Positions 34,602 to 46,471 of a stretch of DNA of 64,000 nucleotides are shown one piece after another. A model generated the notes under the pieces. It was given only the letters and a program-made list of their open reading frames with translations, was not told where the DNA came from and made no database searches. The stretch is from Octopus vulgaris (lineage: Eukaryota): contig OX597814.1 of assembly GCA_951406725.2 (NCBI GenBank), positions 185,876,001 to 185,940,000 on the forward strand. Reading direction: 5' to 3'. The first letter of the stretch is position 1, and each line of letters starts with the position of its first letter. The translations under genes and the position numbers were made by a program.

Positions 34602-37140
34602 TGCAAAGAGGGTACTAACATTTCACCAATTTTACAATGTGGAAAATGTATTTCCATGCTTACCACAATAATAATTCCCACTTATACCTCCTCTCTTTAT
34701 TTACCTTTTAAACTTGAGGGCATGCCCTGACACAGTTTCACCACCACCGTCTCTCTCACTTCAAGCTGGAGTAGCCAGGTAACTCTCCTGCAATAAGATA
34801 CCTGTTCCCGTCTTGCTATCATACTTTAACATATCATTATCATTATCTGGCATAAAGCCACCTTCCTCAATACTACTCCCCTGCTTCAGTTAAGGAGGTC
34901 TTGTCTTGTCTTGAGATCTACTTAGGAACTTCAGTTGTGCTAGTACCACATGGAAAGCATTTAATGCTCTCTCCGCCATTGGGGTCCCCTGCTCATCAAC
35001 AACCTGCACATAGGAGCGGCCTGCATCGGAGAGCTCTGAGCTTTGACCAACCCCTCTTGTGAGTCCTGCCCCTGGCAGCATCAGGTTCACAATCATGAGG
35101 TAGTGAATTTCATTCCTGAAATGGGCTGTATATTGTGTTCTTGAGCAAACACTTTATTTCATGTTGCTCCAGTTCACTCCTTTGTAGAAATGAGTTGTGA
35201 CATCACTGGTGCCAAGCTGTATCAGCCTTTGACTTTCTTTTGAACAACATTGGTGGTGTGGAAAAGGGAGACTGGTATGCATGGGCAACTGCTGGTCTTC
35301 CATAAACAACCTTGTCCGAACTTGTGCCACCAGAGGAGAACTTTTTAGGTCCCCTACACTCTGTAAGTGGAAGCACATGACTTAGTGGTTAGGGTGTTGG
35401 ATTTTAAAATTATGGTTTTATTCTTTAAGTAAATGACATGTTGTGTTCTTGAGCAAAAGTCTCTCAAGTCCACTCAGCTGGCAAAAATGAGTAATCCTGC
35501 GATGGACCAGCATCTTGTCCAGATGGGGGAATTTATATGCCATGGAAACCGGGAAACCAGCTCTATGAGTTTCTATGTCTCAGGAAGGTACTTTACTTGT
35601 GGGGGCATGTGGTTTAGTGGTTCAGGTGTTGAACTCATGATTGTAAGATTATGGTTTCAATTCCTGAACCCAGCGATATGCTGTGTTCTTGAGCACAACA
35701 CTTCATTTCATGTTAGTACAGTCCACTCAGCTGGCAAAAATGAGTGGGTGTAATATATGCATCAGCTGGCAAAAATGCGTAATATATGCATCATGGAAAC
35801 CAAGAAACTGGTCCTATAGGTCTATATGACTTGGGAAGGATCTTTATCCTTTATCCTTTATCCAAAGTGGTTGGTGTTAGGAAGCACATCCATTTATAGA
35901 AACCATACCATAGCAAACACTGGAGCTTGGCACAGTTCTCTGTCTCATCAAATTCTATCAAAACATCCAACTGGACATTAAACGATGATGGTGATGGTGG
36001 TGGTGGTGGTGGTGGTGGTTGTGAGGATGAAGGATGATGATGATGATGATGATGATTCAACCATACAATAATAATATCAATATATGCTCAAACTAATTTG
36101 ATGCCTAAATTCATTCTGCTCCTTGGAATAATCCATCTGGCTTCGCTTCTGACTTTCACAAGTTAAGTCTTAATTCTAATTACATTAACCTTTTATAACT
36201 GTCTCTCTATCATTCATTCTAGAACAATGTGGATACAGCCCTTCCTACTCAGGCTGAACTGGTGAAAAGAAAAGAAAACACTCATACTTCATGCCATTTC
36301 AACTTTGTTTGTTAAAGCTTTCAAAAGCATCAATGTAAAATGAAAGTTTATAATTTATTCAAAATGTCACCTTGACAAAATTCCGAAACAAACTGCTATT
36401 GAAAGTTTCTTTTTTTTCCCTACGTAACTGCTTGACATTTTGAATACAGTAACAAAATTAACTTAAATTCCCAAACAATTAAATGTGAAGTCTTTGTGAT
36501 TTACATCATAAATCTTTACACAACATATATCACAAGAAAAACAGGTAAAAATTCTGATCAAATGTTTCGTTTCATTCACAAACACAAGTCCTACATCAAC
36601 TTAAAAGTAGCGGGATTATGACTAACTAACAACGGAAATGTTAACTAATGAGAGACCCTCTCTATCAGCAGTTCCCAATCTGGAGTTCACAAAGGTAGTA
36701 TTAGGGGTCTGTGAGTTAAATTCAAAATTTGTGGAATCAGACTGGGCCTGGTGCAGCCTCCTGGCTTCCCAGACCCCAGTCAAACCGTCCAGCCCATGCT
36801 AGCATGGAAAGCGGACGTTAAACAATGATGATGATAATGATGATGATGATGATGATGATGAAACAAACCTTACAAAAGCCTTGGGCAATGGAGAAATTCA
36901 TTTAAATAAAAGAAGTTTTTGATAATGAAAAGGATAGGAATCACTAAAACTATAGGTCAACCCCGTTCAAACAGATCTACGAGGAAAATGTTTGGCCTAT
37001 GAACACCTTGTCTTTTTCTTGGACAGTATATCTTGAACTTCATTGACGACCATATCCCTTCTTTTTTTAAAAGGTGGCAAAATTGAGTAATATATACACA
37101 TTGGAAACCAAGACACTAGCCCTATGGGTCTATATGACTT

Positions 37141-37557
37141 ACTCTCTCTCTTTTACTCTTTTACTTGTTTAAGTCATTTGACTGTGGCCATGCTGGAGCA
37201 TTGCCTTTAGTTGAGCAAATCAACACCAGGACTTATTCTTTGGAAGCCTAGTACTTATTCTATCGGTCTCTTTTGCCGAACTGCTAAGTTACGGGGACAT
37301 AAACACACCAGAACCAGTTGTCAAGCAATGTTGGGGGGGACAAACACAAACATACACACACACACACATATATATATAAATACATATATACGATGGGCTT
37401 TTTTTCAGTTTCTGTCTACCAAATCCACTCACAAGGCTTTGGTCAGCCCGAGGCTATAGTAGAAGACACTTGCCCAAGGTGCCACGCAGTGGGACTGAAC
37501 CCCAAAACCATGTGGTTGGTAAGCAAGCTACTTACCACACAGCCACTCCTATGCCTA
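37141..37557 (-). mobile_element. SINE A, full length, inserted into a local duplication
   Basis: The flanks rejoin to match the uninterrupted sequence at 35792-35976. Confidence 0.9.
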
Positions 37558-38199
37558 TTGGGAAGGATCTTTATCCTTTATCCAAAGTGGTTGGTGTTAG
37601 GAAGTACAACCATTCATAGAAACCATTCCATAGAAACATTGGAACTTGGCACAGTTCTCTGGCTCATCAAATTCTATCAAAACATCTAACTGGAAAAAAA
37701 CATTTAAATCTCCTTATTGTTTTTTTTTTTAAAAAAGAACAACCCATTCATTAGTGTAATCCTCAATATACTGTATCAGAAATGAAGGCTGGATGGTTTT
37801 TACTAAAATAGCTTAGATGGCTTTATTGGAGTTTACTCAACAGAAATAAAAACAAGAAACATCACCATAGAGTCACTAACTATGAATATGTTTTCATTGA
37901 CAAGAACTCTTTAGCTAAATGGGTACCAAATAACTGTTTTACATGTAATATTTATTACACGAGTGATCCCCTTCAGTAAGGTCATTCAATCAGTTAAAAA
38001 TAGAAATGAAATCTCCCTCAAGTCACACTCCACCTTTTAAAAAAAGAAGGGATATGGTAGTCAAAGAACTTCAAGATATACTGTCCAAGAAAAAGACAAG
38101 GTTTTCATGGGCCAAACATTTTCCTCGTAGATCTGTTTGAACAGGGATGACCTACAGTTGATAATAACATAACATCACCTCGAGCTTAGATGGATGAAC

Positions 38200-38505
38200 T
38201 TTAACAATGATATTAGGACGAGGAAAAGTTGATGTGCCTAATTTGTGCCAAATGGTCACGCCATCAATGCTGAACTTTACTGCGAGCAACTTGATCAAAT
38301 TTATGATGCGCTGGTTGAAACATACCCAAGACTTGTTCATCAAAAATGCGCTTTGTTTCAACAAGGCAATGCAAAGCCGCATGCTGCCAAAAAGACCAGC
38401 AACAAGATTGAAGAATTGGACGGTGTGAAAGTTCTGCTGCTTCCTGTCTATAGTCTAGACGTTGCTTCATCTGACTATGGTCTTTTCCAATCAATGCAAC
38501 ACTCT
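38200..38505 (+). mobile_element. mariner transposase fragment
   Basis: INAELYCEQL...LFQQGNAKPH...YSLDVASSDYGLFQSMQH fits the HDNARPH and YSPDLAPSDY motifs. Confidence 0.85.
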
Positions 38506-38621
38506 AAGAAAGGTTTTTCACCAGTCATCCCAGTACTTTGTCATCTTCATGAAGTTTAAGGTCCTTCATCACTTTATCCCATGTCTAACTGGGTTTCTCT
38601 CTTCTGCAAGTTCCATCCATA

Positions 38622-38848
38622 TTAACCCTTTTGTTACTAACCCAGCTGAAACCGGCTCTGGCTCTGAGTACAAATGTCTTGTTTTCATAAGTTTGGAATT
38701 AAAATCGTCCACCAAACCTTAGTCACAATTTATGTTCCTAACACTGGCTTAATGATAACTAAGTTATTTCACTAAATTCTTTGTTATATTTAAATAATTG
38801 AAAGAAGCACAGAGCATCTCAAAATAAATACAGTAACGAAAGGGTTAA
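38622..38848 (+). mobile_element. piggyBac-type MITE
   Basis: TTAA-CCCTTTTGTTACT...AGTAACGAAAGGG-TTAA. Confidence 0.85.
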
Positions 38849-39330
38849 GTGAGCAGGACTTCTTTAAGGCATTGTCCTCTTATGTCTCAATACATCATAT
38901 GTCCATTCCAGTGTTGTCTTCTTCCTTGCACGCTACACCTGATTCTTCTGATTCCCAATTTTTCTCTCGATGCATTTGTACTTTGTCGTTCATGCACACT
39001 TAAACTGCACATCCAGCAGAACAGGCTACCTTCATTTTTATTTCCATATTTCTCAAATCCCTTGCATTCAAGGCCTATATCACACTACTATGCAGCATCA
39101 CAATTTTAACACAAGTGTGAATGCCCTTCATTCACAGTGGTAGAAGCTTCCTGAACTTTTCCCCACTTGTTCTTACCCTAGCTGCTCTACACTTCAGAGC
39201 AACCACTTCCCTTACTAATTATATCTCCTCAGTAACAAAACTTGGCAACTGCTACTAGTGAGCCATCTAGACATTTAAGAGAATCTATTTCTGGTCTGCT
39301 CAGAGAATGAACTGCTCCAGTGCATCAGTC
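38849..39330 (-). mobile_element. Decayed RTE-clade RT/C-terminal fragment
   Basis: Minus-strand VAVAKFCY*GDIISKGSGCSE and WMCSLSVHERQSTNASREKLGIRRIRCSVQGRRQHWNGH. Confidence 0.75.
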
Positions 39331-39382
39331 ACTAATGAAGGTTATATAATATTTATCTAAAGCTATGCATGAGTAGTTACGT

Positions 39383-39913
39383 GGAGGCGGGTGGCTTAGT
39401 GGTTAGGGTTGAACTCATGATTGTAAGGTTATGGTTTCGATTCCTGGACCGGGCGGTGCTTCAGCAAAACACTTCATTTTCATGTTGCTCCAGTACACTC
39501 ACCTGGCAAAAATGAGTAATCCTGCGACGGACTGGTGTCCCATTCAGGTGGGGAATTTCTACACCACTGAAACCAGGAAACCAGCCCTTATGAGCCTGGC
39601 ATGGCTTGAGAAGGAACATTTAGTGGAGGCACATGGCCTAGTGGTTAGAGCAGCAGACTCGCGGTCGAGGGATCATGGGTTCGAATCTCAGACTGGGCGA
39701 TGTATGCATTTATGAATGAAACACCTAAGCTCCACGCAAATCCGGCAGAAGGTTATGGTGAACTTCTGCTGACTCTTTCGCCACAACTTTCTCTCACTCC
39801 TTCCACCTGCATCTTGCAGCTCACCTGGCATACCGTCCAGGTGGGGAACCTATATGCCAAGGAAACTGGGAAACTGGCCCTATGAGCCAAGGATGGCTCG
39901 AGAAGGAACAAAC
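39383..39913 (+). mobile_element. Two tRNA-derived SINEs (family D and a relative)
   Basis: GGAGGCGGGTGGCTTAGTGGTTAGGG...GGTTTCGATTCC and GGAGGCACATGGCCTAGTGGTTAGAGC...GGGTTCGAATC, with a shared tail CCAGGAAACC.GCCCT.ATGAGCC. Confidence 0.8.
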
Positions 39914-40491
39914 AATGGTGAAAATGCAGATAATTTTTAACTTCCCTTCGTATATTAAATATTAGTATATATGCAAATTTGTAGGTATATATACACAGGT
40001 GTGCAGTTTTATAAGCATATTATATACAGACATGTACAGACATGTGAATATGTGAACATATATATGCGTATATGTATATGTGTGCATGTATATACACACA
40101 CATATGCAAATATATACACATGTACATAGACATGTTTGCACATATGCAAATATATATACATGCACACATACACACATACATGCAAATATATATACACATA
40201 CCTTGACTACATATATATATATATATAAAATATTCACATACTTTTACATACATACATACACACAAACGTGTGTGCATGTGTGTTTGTGTGATGGAGTGTA
40301 TGAGAGTATTTATATGCAGGTGTGTGTGAGTGTGGGTAAGGGTTACTCAAGTCAGTAATATTTTGACATACAAGGAGTGGAACACACTGAAATCTGGAAA
40401 TATGTATATATAAAGAACTGAATTCATTAACTTAATTATAAGTATATTTATGTAAATGACAGGAAACACACTCATGTATTAAACATTAACT

Positions 40492-40535
<44 letters not shown>

Positions 40536-40655
40536 TATACATATGTATACATATATATACATATATATATATGTACATATATATTCGTGTTTCTGAGTGT
40601 GTGTACAAATATATATATATATATATATATATGTAAATGTATATAAATATATGTA

Positions 40656-40720
<65 letters not shown>

Positions 40721-40844
40721 ATGTATATATATATATATATATAGATATGTATGTATATATATATATATATACATATGTATGTATATATATATATACATAT
40801 GTATGTATATATATATATCTTTATATATATATTATATATATAAA

Positions 40845-41485
40845 CAATTCATTCTTTTCTTCTTTCTATCAGCCCTTTCACACTTACTTCGTTCATTCCA
40901 CTCTTCGTTCTTTCATTCCCCCTCTCTCACATTTTCTGGCCTTCTCTTCATGTTCACTTTCCCTCCTCTTTCACTTCACTGTCTCTTTCATTTTTTCTTA
41001 CCCCTCCTTGATTCTTCTATCCCTCTGTATCTACCTCTCTCTCTTCTCTCCCAACGTGACCAGTATTCAGCCAAGCCTGACCTTTCTTTCTTAGTTCGAC
41101 TACCATCCATGCAACATCTATATTCCTTCCTGTGCTTGTCTAATCTTATGTCCCTACCATAAGGCTTTACTTCCACACATGCCAGCTTAATTTAATTCGT
41201 CCATAGTCGAAAGACACCTGTTGTTATGTCCTGTTAATTGCATTTGTATTTGTATAACATTTCTCCGTTTATTTCTGTCCCTGTTTTCATATACATTCGC
41301 TGCTTTCTTCCAAGGAATCTAATGCTTTTAGCTTAGTTTTTCCTTGGGGCTGGCCAGATTGGAGCAATCTCGAGTATAACCAGCCAAAATTGCAAAGATA
41401 ATCTGGAACTCAACTGAGGATAGAAAACTCCAAATGACCCGTCCTTGTTTTCTTTGTATTGTCTGTCTGGATGTTTTGTGTTCTA
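40845..41485 (+). mobile_element. Pyrimidine-rich insert between (TA)n tracts, probable PLE 3' region
   Basis: The 3' part is homologous to 6995-7190; bounded on both sides by long (TA)n. Confidence 0.5.
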
Positions 41486-41497
41486 GTCCCATTTTTG

Positions 41498-41557
<60 letters not shown>

Positions 41558-41578
41558 GTGTATATATATATATATATG

Positions 41579-41633
<55 letters not shown>

Positions 41634-41879
41634 GTATGTATATATATACATATATATATATCGATATATTTTATAATTATATACATAATTATAACAAGGG
41701 CTTAGCTTGTGCCGCACCACACACTGAAAAATAGACATCAAAAGACACTATTACCACCATAAATTCTCTGGGAAAAACACACCACATAATAGGCTAGCAG
41801 AAGAAAGAAAATTAATTAAAACTTTGGTTAACCGGGTACATGGCTTAAACTAATAAAAACATTACCTATTGCTTTTATT

Positions 41880-42125
41880 AGCATCAGTATTCCAAGGCAT
41901 AGATATACAAGTGACCACGAATACGTAAGCGAGCTGCGTCTTCGCTTAACTTATATCAGTCGAGATTTACATAACCGGGGAATCCCTTACAGCCAACCTT
42001 GATTGAGAAAAGCTATAACTGCTATCCCTTCTTCCTGCAATCCAGCAGAAAGCTCTCATATTTGGCACGCTTCAATTCACGGACTTCATTACATCCCTTT
42101 TTAAATGCGATAGTTACAAGAGCAT
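41880..42125 (-). mobile_element. Decayed RLE-type non-LTR retrotransposon C-terminus (HERO-like)
   Basis: VTIAFKKGCNEVRELKRAKYESFLLDCRKKG*QL*LFSIKVGCKGFP resembles ELTVPWEE..ERK.AKY..L...C...GW....FPVEVGCRGF. Confidence 0.65.
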
Positions 42126-42400
42126 TCATTTTCTGTTCATCTGTTCCAGGTAGCATGCATTCTAATATTTTGCTGGGGTCTTGCTCTAGTTGTTGCTGTT
42201 CCTTTGCTTCATTCATCTTGAGCCATTTGATTTGACCTTCTCACTGGATGGGATAGGCTCTCTGGGGTCTTTCTCATTTTATAGAATATACCATTGCTAT
42301 GAAACAGTGTATCACATTGCATATTTTAGCCATGATACCTAAAAAAATCATACTGAGACCCTGCAAAGGTTTTGTATGTGTTTTAATATACCAAGGTGCT

Positions 42401-42710
42401 GGAGGCACATGGCCTAGTGGTTAGAGTAGCGGACTCACGGTTGAGGGATCACAGGTTCAAATCTGAGACCGAGCGATGTGTGTGTTTATGAGCGAAACAC
42501 CTAAGCTCCACGCAGCTCTGGCAAAAAGTAATGGCGAACTTCTGCTGACTCTTTCGCCTCAACTTTCTCTCACTCTTTCCTCCTGTATCTTGCAGCTCAC
42601 CTGCAACAGACTGGCATCCCGTCCAGGTGGGGAACCTATACGCCATGGAAACCAGGGAACCGGCCCTTATGAGCCAGGCATGGCTCGAGAAGGAACAAAT
42701 AACAACAACA
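42401..42710 (+). mobile_element. SINE family D
   Basis: GGAGGCACATGGCCTAGTGGTTAGAG...AGGTTCAAATC; ends AAGGAACAAATAACAACAAC. Confidence 0.85.
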
Positions 42711-43373
42711 ATATACCAAGGTAAGTATCTTTAAGAGGTAAGTAAGACAAGATAGTAAGATAATATCCCATTATCGTTACAATGACAACAAGGAATATTA
42801 GAAAATGAGCCATAACACCTCAAAAAACGATATAGGGACCACAGCAAAGTTATTGATTGAGCATATGAGCTTACAATGGTGTGTTACTAAATTCTCTGGT
42901 CCGAGTTTGGGTGAGTGAGTGTCGTCTCAAAAGCATTGAGGAACAATTTTTTTCAGCTGGATTTTCGACCTTATTGCAAGCTTCACCAGTTCTTCCTCCA
43001 AATTTTTTCGTATTCTAGACATCAAGACAAAGAAGATGATATACTAACCTCGAAAATGGCTTGGGTGGTGCTTACGGTACTCTGTTACTAAATGCTTCAT
43101 TTAATGTCTACTTTCCATGCTGGCACGGGTTAGACAGTTTGACTGGAACTGGTAAGCAGGAGAGCTGCACCAAGTTCCAGTCTGATTTGGCATGGTTTCT
43201 ATGGCATCATACAACCTACTCTTTATTCCCAGAAACAAACCCTGCTTTACCAGCAGAGGTAATAGCTCACTGAACGCTTTTCTTTATATTCTTTCTTTCG
43301 CCATTATGGTTTCAAAACACACATTACCACTGTTAATTAGGCTATCTGAGTGGAAAAACAACAAACGACTTAT

Positions 43374-44268
43374 AGGCACAGGAGTGGCAGTGTGGTAATT
43401 AGCTTGCTTACCAACCACATGGTTCCGGGTTCAGTCCCACTGCGTGGCACCTTGGGCAAGTGTCTTCTACTATAGCCTCAGGCCAACCAAAGACTTGTGA
43501 GTGGATCTGGTAGACAGAAACTGAAAAAAGCCCATCGTATATCATCATCGTTTAACGTCCGCTTTCCATGCTAGCATGGGTTGGACGGTTCAACTGGGGT
43601 CTGGCAAGCCCGAAGGCTGGACCAGGCCAGTCAGATCTGGCAGTGTTTCTACAGCTGGATGCCCTTCCTAACGCCAACCACTCCGAGAGTGTAGTGGGTG
43701 ATTTTATGTGCCACCGACACAGGTGCCAGACGAGGCTGGCAGACGGCCACGCTCGGATGGTGTTTTTTATGTGCCACCGACACAGGTGCCAGACGGGGCT
43801 GGCAGACGGCCACGCTCGGATGGTGTTTGTTACGTGCCCTCAGCACGGAGGCCAGTTGTTGCGGTACTGGCTACGATCTATATGTATATATATATATATG
43901 GCGTTAGGAAGGGCATCCAGCCGTAGAAACACTGCCAGATCTGACTGGGCCTGACGAAGCCTTCCAGCTTCACAGACCCCAGTTGACCCGTCCAACCCAT
44001 GCTAGCATGGAAAGCGGATGCTAAACGATGATGATGATGATGATGATGATGTATGTTTGTGCATGTGTTTGTGTGCCTGTGTTTGTCCCCACAACATCGC
44101 TGGACAACCAATGCTGGTGTGTTTACAACCTTGTAACTTAGTAGTTCGGCAAAAGAGACCGATAGAATAAGTACTAGGTTTGCAAAGAAAAAGTTGTGGG
44201 GCCAATTTACTCAACTAAAAGGTGGTGCTCCAGCTTGGCCACAGTCAAATGACTGAAACAAGTAAAAA
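43374..44268 (+). mobile_element. SINE A containing two oppositely oriented RTE 3' ends (43542-43877 minus; 43899-44050 plus)
   Basis: SINE head runs to 43540 and the body resumes at 44052. The inner pieces carry (CAT)n and (GAT)n tails pointing outward. Confidence 0.85.
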
Positions 44269-44298
44269 AAAAAGTAGGGAGGCTTCAAAGTCTACCAG

Positions 44299-44352
<54 letters not shown>

Positions 44353-44395
44353 GTATATATATATATAGATATATATTTATATATAGATATGTATG

Positions 44396-44442
<47 letters not shown>

Positions 44443-44526
44443 AGAGACAAAACCACTATTTTGCAAAACAAACAAGGAAAGACTTAATCAATACATAAAA
44501 TTTTAATAAATAGTCAAAAAGAACCG

Positions 44527-44569
44527 CCACTACAATTGTTTCTTGTCTTGATCGACAATCTTCAGGTGG
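44527..44569 (-). ncRNA. Minimal type I hammerhead ribozyme (mirror copy)
   Basis: Exact reverse complement of 44621-44663 in the left arm. Confidence 0.8.
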
Positions 44570-44620
44570 ACTTCAATTTACAAGTCAGTTTCAAATGAAA
44601 CTGACTTGTAAATTGGAAGT

Positions 44621-44663
44621 CCACCTGAAGATTGTCGATCAAGACAAGAAACAATTGTAGTGG
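44621..44663 (+). ncRNA. Minimal type I hammerhead ribozyme
   Basis: ccac CTGAAGA ttgtc-gatcaa-gacaa GAAA caattg TA gtgg: stem I ccac/gtgg, intact core, 5-bp stem II, palindromic stem III, GUA cleavage triplet. Confidence 0.85.
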
Positions 44664-44835
44664 CGTTCTTTTTGACTATTTATTAAAATTTTATGTATTG
44701 ATTAAGTCTTTCCTTGTTTGTTTTGCAAAATAGTGGTTTTGTCTCTAATAATATTTTATAATATTTTACTATAAAATTGGATTTAATCCTAAATCTGATT
44801 TTTTCCCTGTAAATTTGGATTTATTCCCTAATATT

Positions 44836-44876
<41 letters not shown>

Positions 44877-44894
44877 TATGTATATATATATATA

Positions 44895-45465
44895 TTTCCC
44901 TTATGAGGTTTTTCACACTGACTACTTGATAAATTCTTATAAAGATTTTATCCTATTTTTAAATTGTAAATTTAACTGGAATATATTCAATGCTGAATTT
45001 ATTTTGATTAAACACTTGTACTGAGATGCAATTTGGAAAAGCCTGCCTCTTACATAGATATATAATGAGTGAACAACTCTATGTACCAAATGAGATACAT
45101 TTGGTGATCGTCTGGTTCGTTGATTTTTTTGTTCATTTTTTTATATCTTTTGATTATGCCTGCACTGACGATTAAAACGTGCATTTTGTGCACTAATTAT
45201 GAAATCATATGATCTGCGGCTGAATCTTTTTCTAAGATGCTCGCTTCGAGAGTTGCATTCCCTAGCATTCGGTAAAATGTGTTTATTATGGTAGTTTTGA
45301 CTTAAATAAGTTCCTCGTAGCATGAGGCATTTATGTTTAGTAATGCCCTTAATATAAATAAATATATTTAAAGGGAATAATTTAAAAATTTTTTGCTTAT
45401 GCGGTTTTTCATGCTGACTACTTGATAAATTCTTATAAAGATTTTATCCTATTTTTAAATTGTAT
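44895..45465 (+). mobile_element. Insert in (TA)n bounded by ~70-bp direct repeats (44895-44968 / 45392-45464), tandem pseudo-LTR-like
   Basis: CTTATG.GGTTTTTCA..CTGACTACTTGATAAATTCTTATAAAGATTTTATCCTATTTTTAAATTGTA occurs twice. Confidence 0.7.
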
Positions 45466-45478
45466 ATATATACATATG

Positions 45479-45524
<46 letters not shown>

Positions 45525-45688
45525 ATATATATATATATATATAATTTATTTTGAAGCTGAAACTTCACAATATACAACTAACAGTTTCATGTTTTACTTT
45601 GTTCACAAGAGTATTTACTAATTATACATAAATACATACACACACACAGAGTTCTATAATTGTACATACATGTATGAGTGTGTATATG

Positions 45689-45747
<59 letters not shown>

Positions 45748-46113
45748 CACATAATACACACAAACACACACATGCCTGCATCCATGCATAAAAATACATG
45801 AATAGTCACAAATGATTCCATCCATAAATATTAAAATAATAGTTTCATGTCAAAAGCATGTATAAACCTCACCAAGTATAAACAGGTTTTTAACATTGTG
45901 ATAAACACTTCTCCCGTGGTTCCTGCTCTTAATTAGTATGTCAGGTTTACACTATAATTTAATGTACCAACTGCCAGGTATTTTGAAATGTTGTTTTTGC
46001 AGTTGGTAATTAACCAGATAAGTAAGAGGTTTCCTATCACAAATAGCTTTGACTTTACAAAACAGAGCCTAGCTAAAAATTGAAAGCTTAGACTGAAAAC
46101 AAACAAGAATACA

Positions 46114-46145
<32 letters not shown>

Positions 46146-46357
46146 CATACATACATAGAGAGAGGAAGGGGTGGGCAGACAAACAGACAGACAAAGACAA
46201 AGAGAAACAAAGAGACAGAGACAGAGAGAGAAGAGTAAATGAAACCATGAAAATAAAAACATGGAAAACAATATAAAATACAATAAAAGTCACACTTATT
46301 GGTTTCTTATCACACACACACATACATATGTGTGTGTTTGCTATATATATATATATA

Positions 46358-46471
<114 letters not shown>

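Larger units (their letters stand above)
44437..44840. mobile_element. Young fold-back PLE-type insert: ~157-bp near-perfect arms (44437-44752) plus ~85-bp tail, in (TA)n
   Basis: Apex CAAGTCAGTTTCA-AA-TGAAACTGACTTG; the arms differ by only a couple of indels. Confidence 0.9.

Noticed and set aside
41340-41440. Hammerhead in the 41.3-kb/7.1-kb family (GGCTGG...CCAGCC-AAAATTGC; CTGAGGA)
   Set aside because: A stem is present but there is no correctly placed CUGAnGA core. It cannot be supported without a consensus.
39962-41741. Numerous 60-165 aa ORFs rich in YI/HT/CV (also at 13.3, 46.3, 53.8 and 55.9 kb)
   Set aside because: They are translations of (TA)n, (CA)n and (TACA)n microsatellites, not genes.
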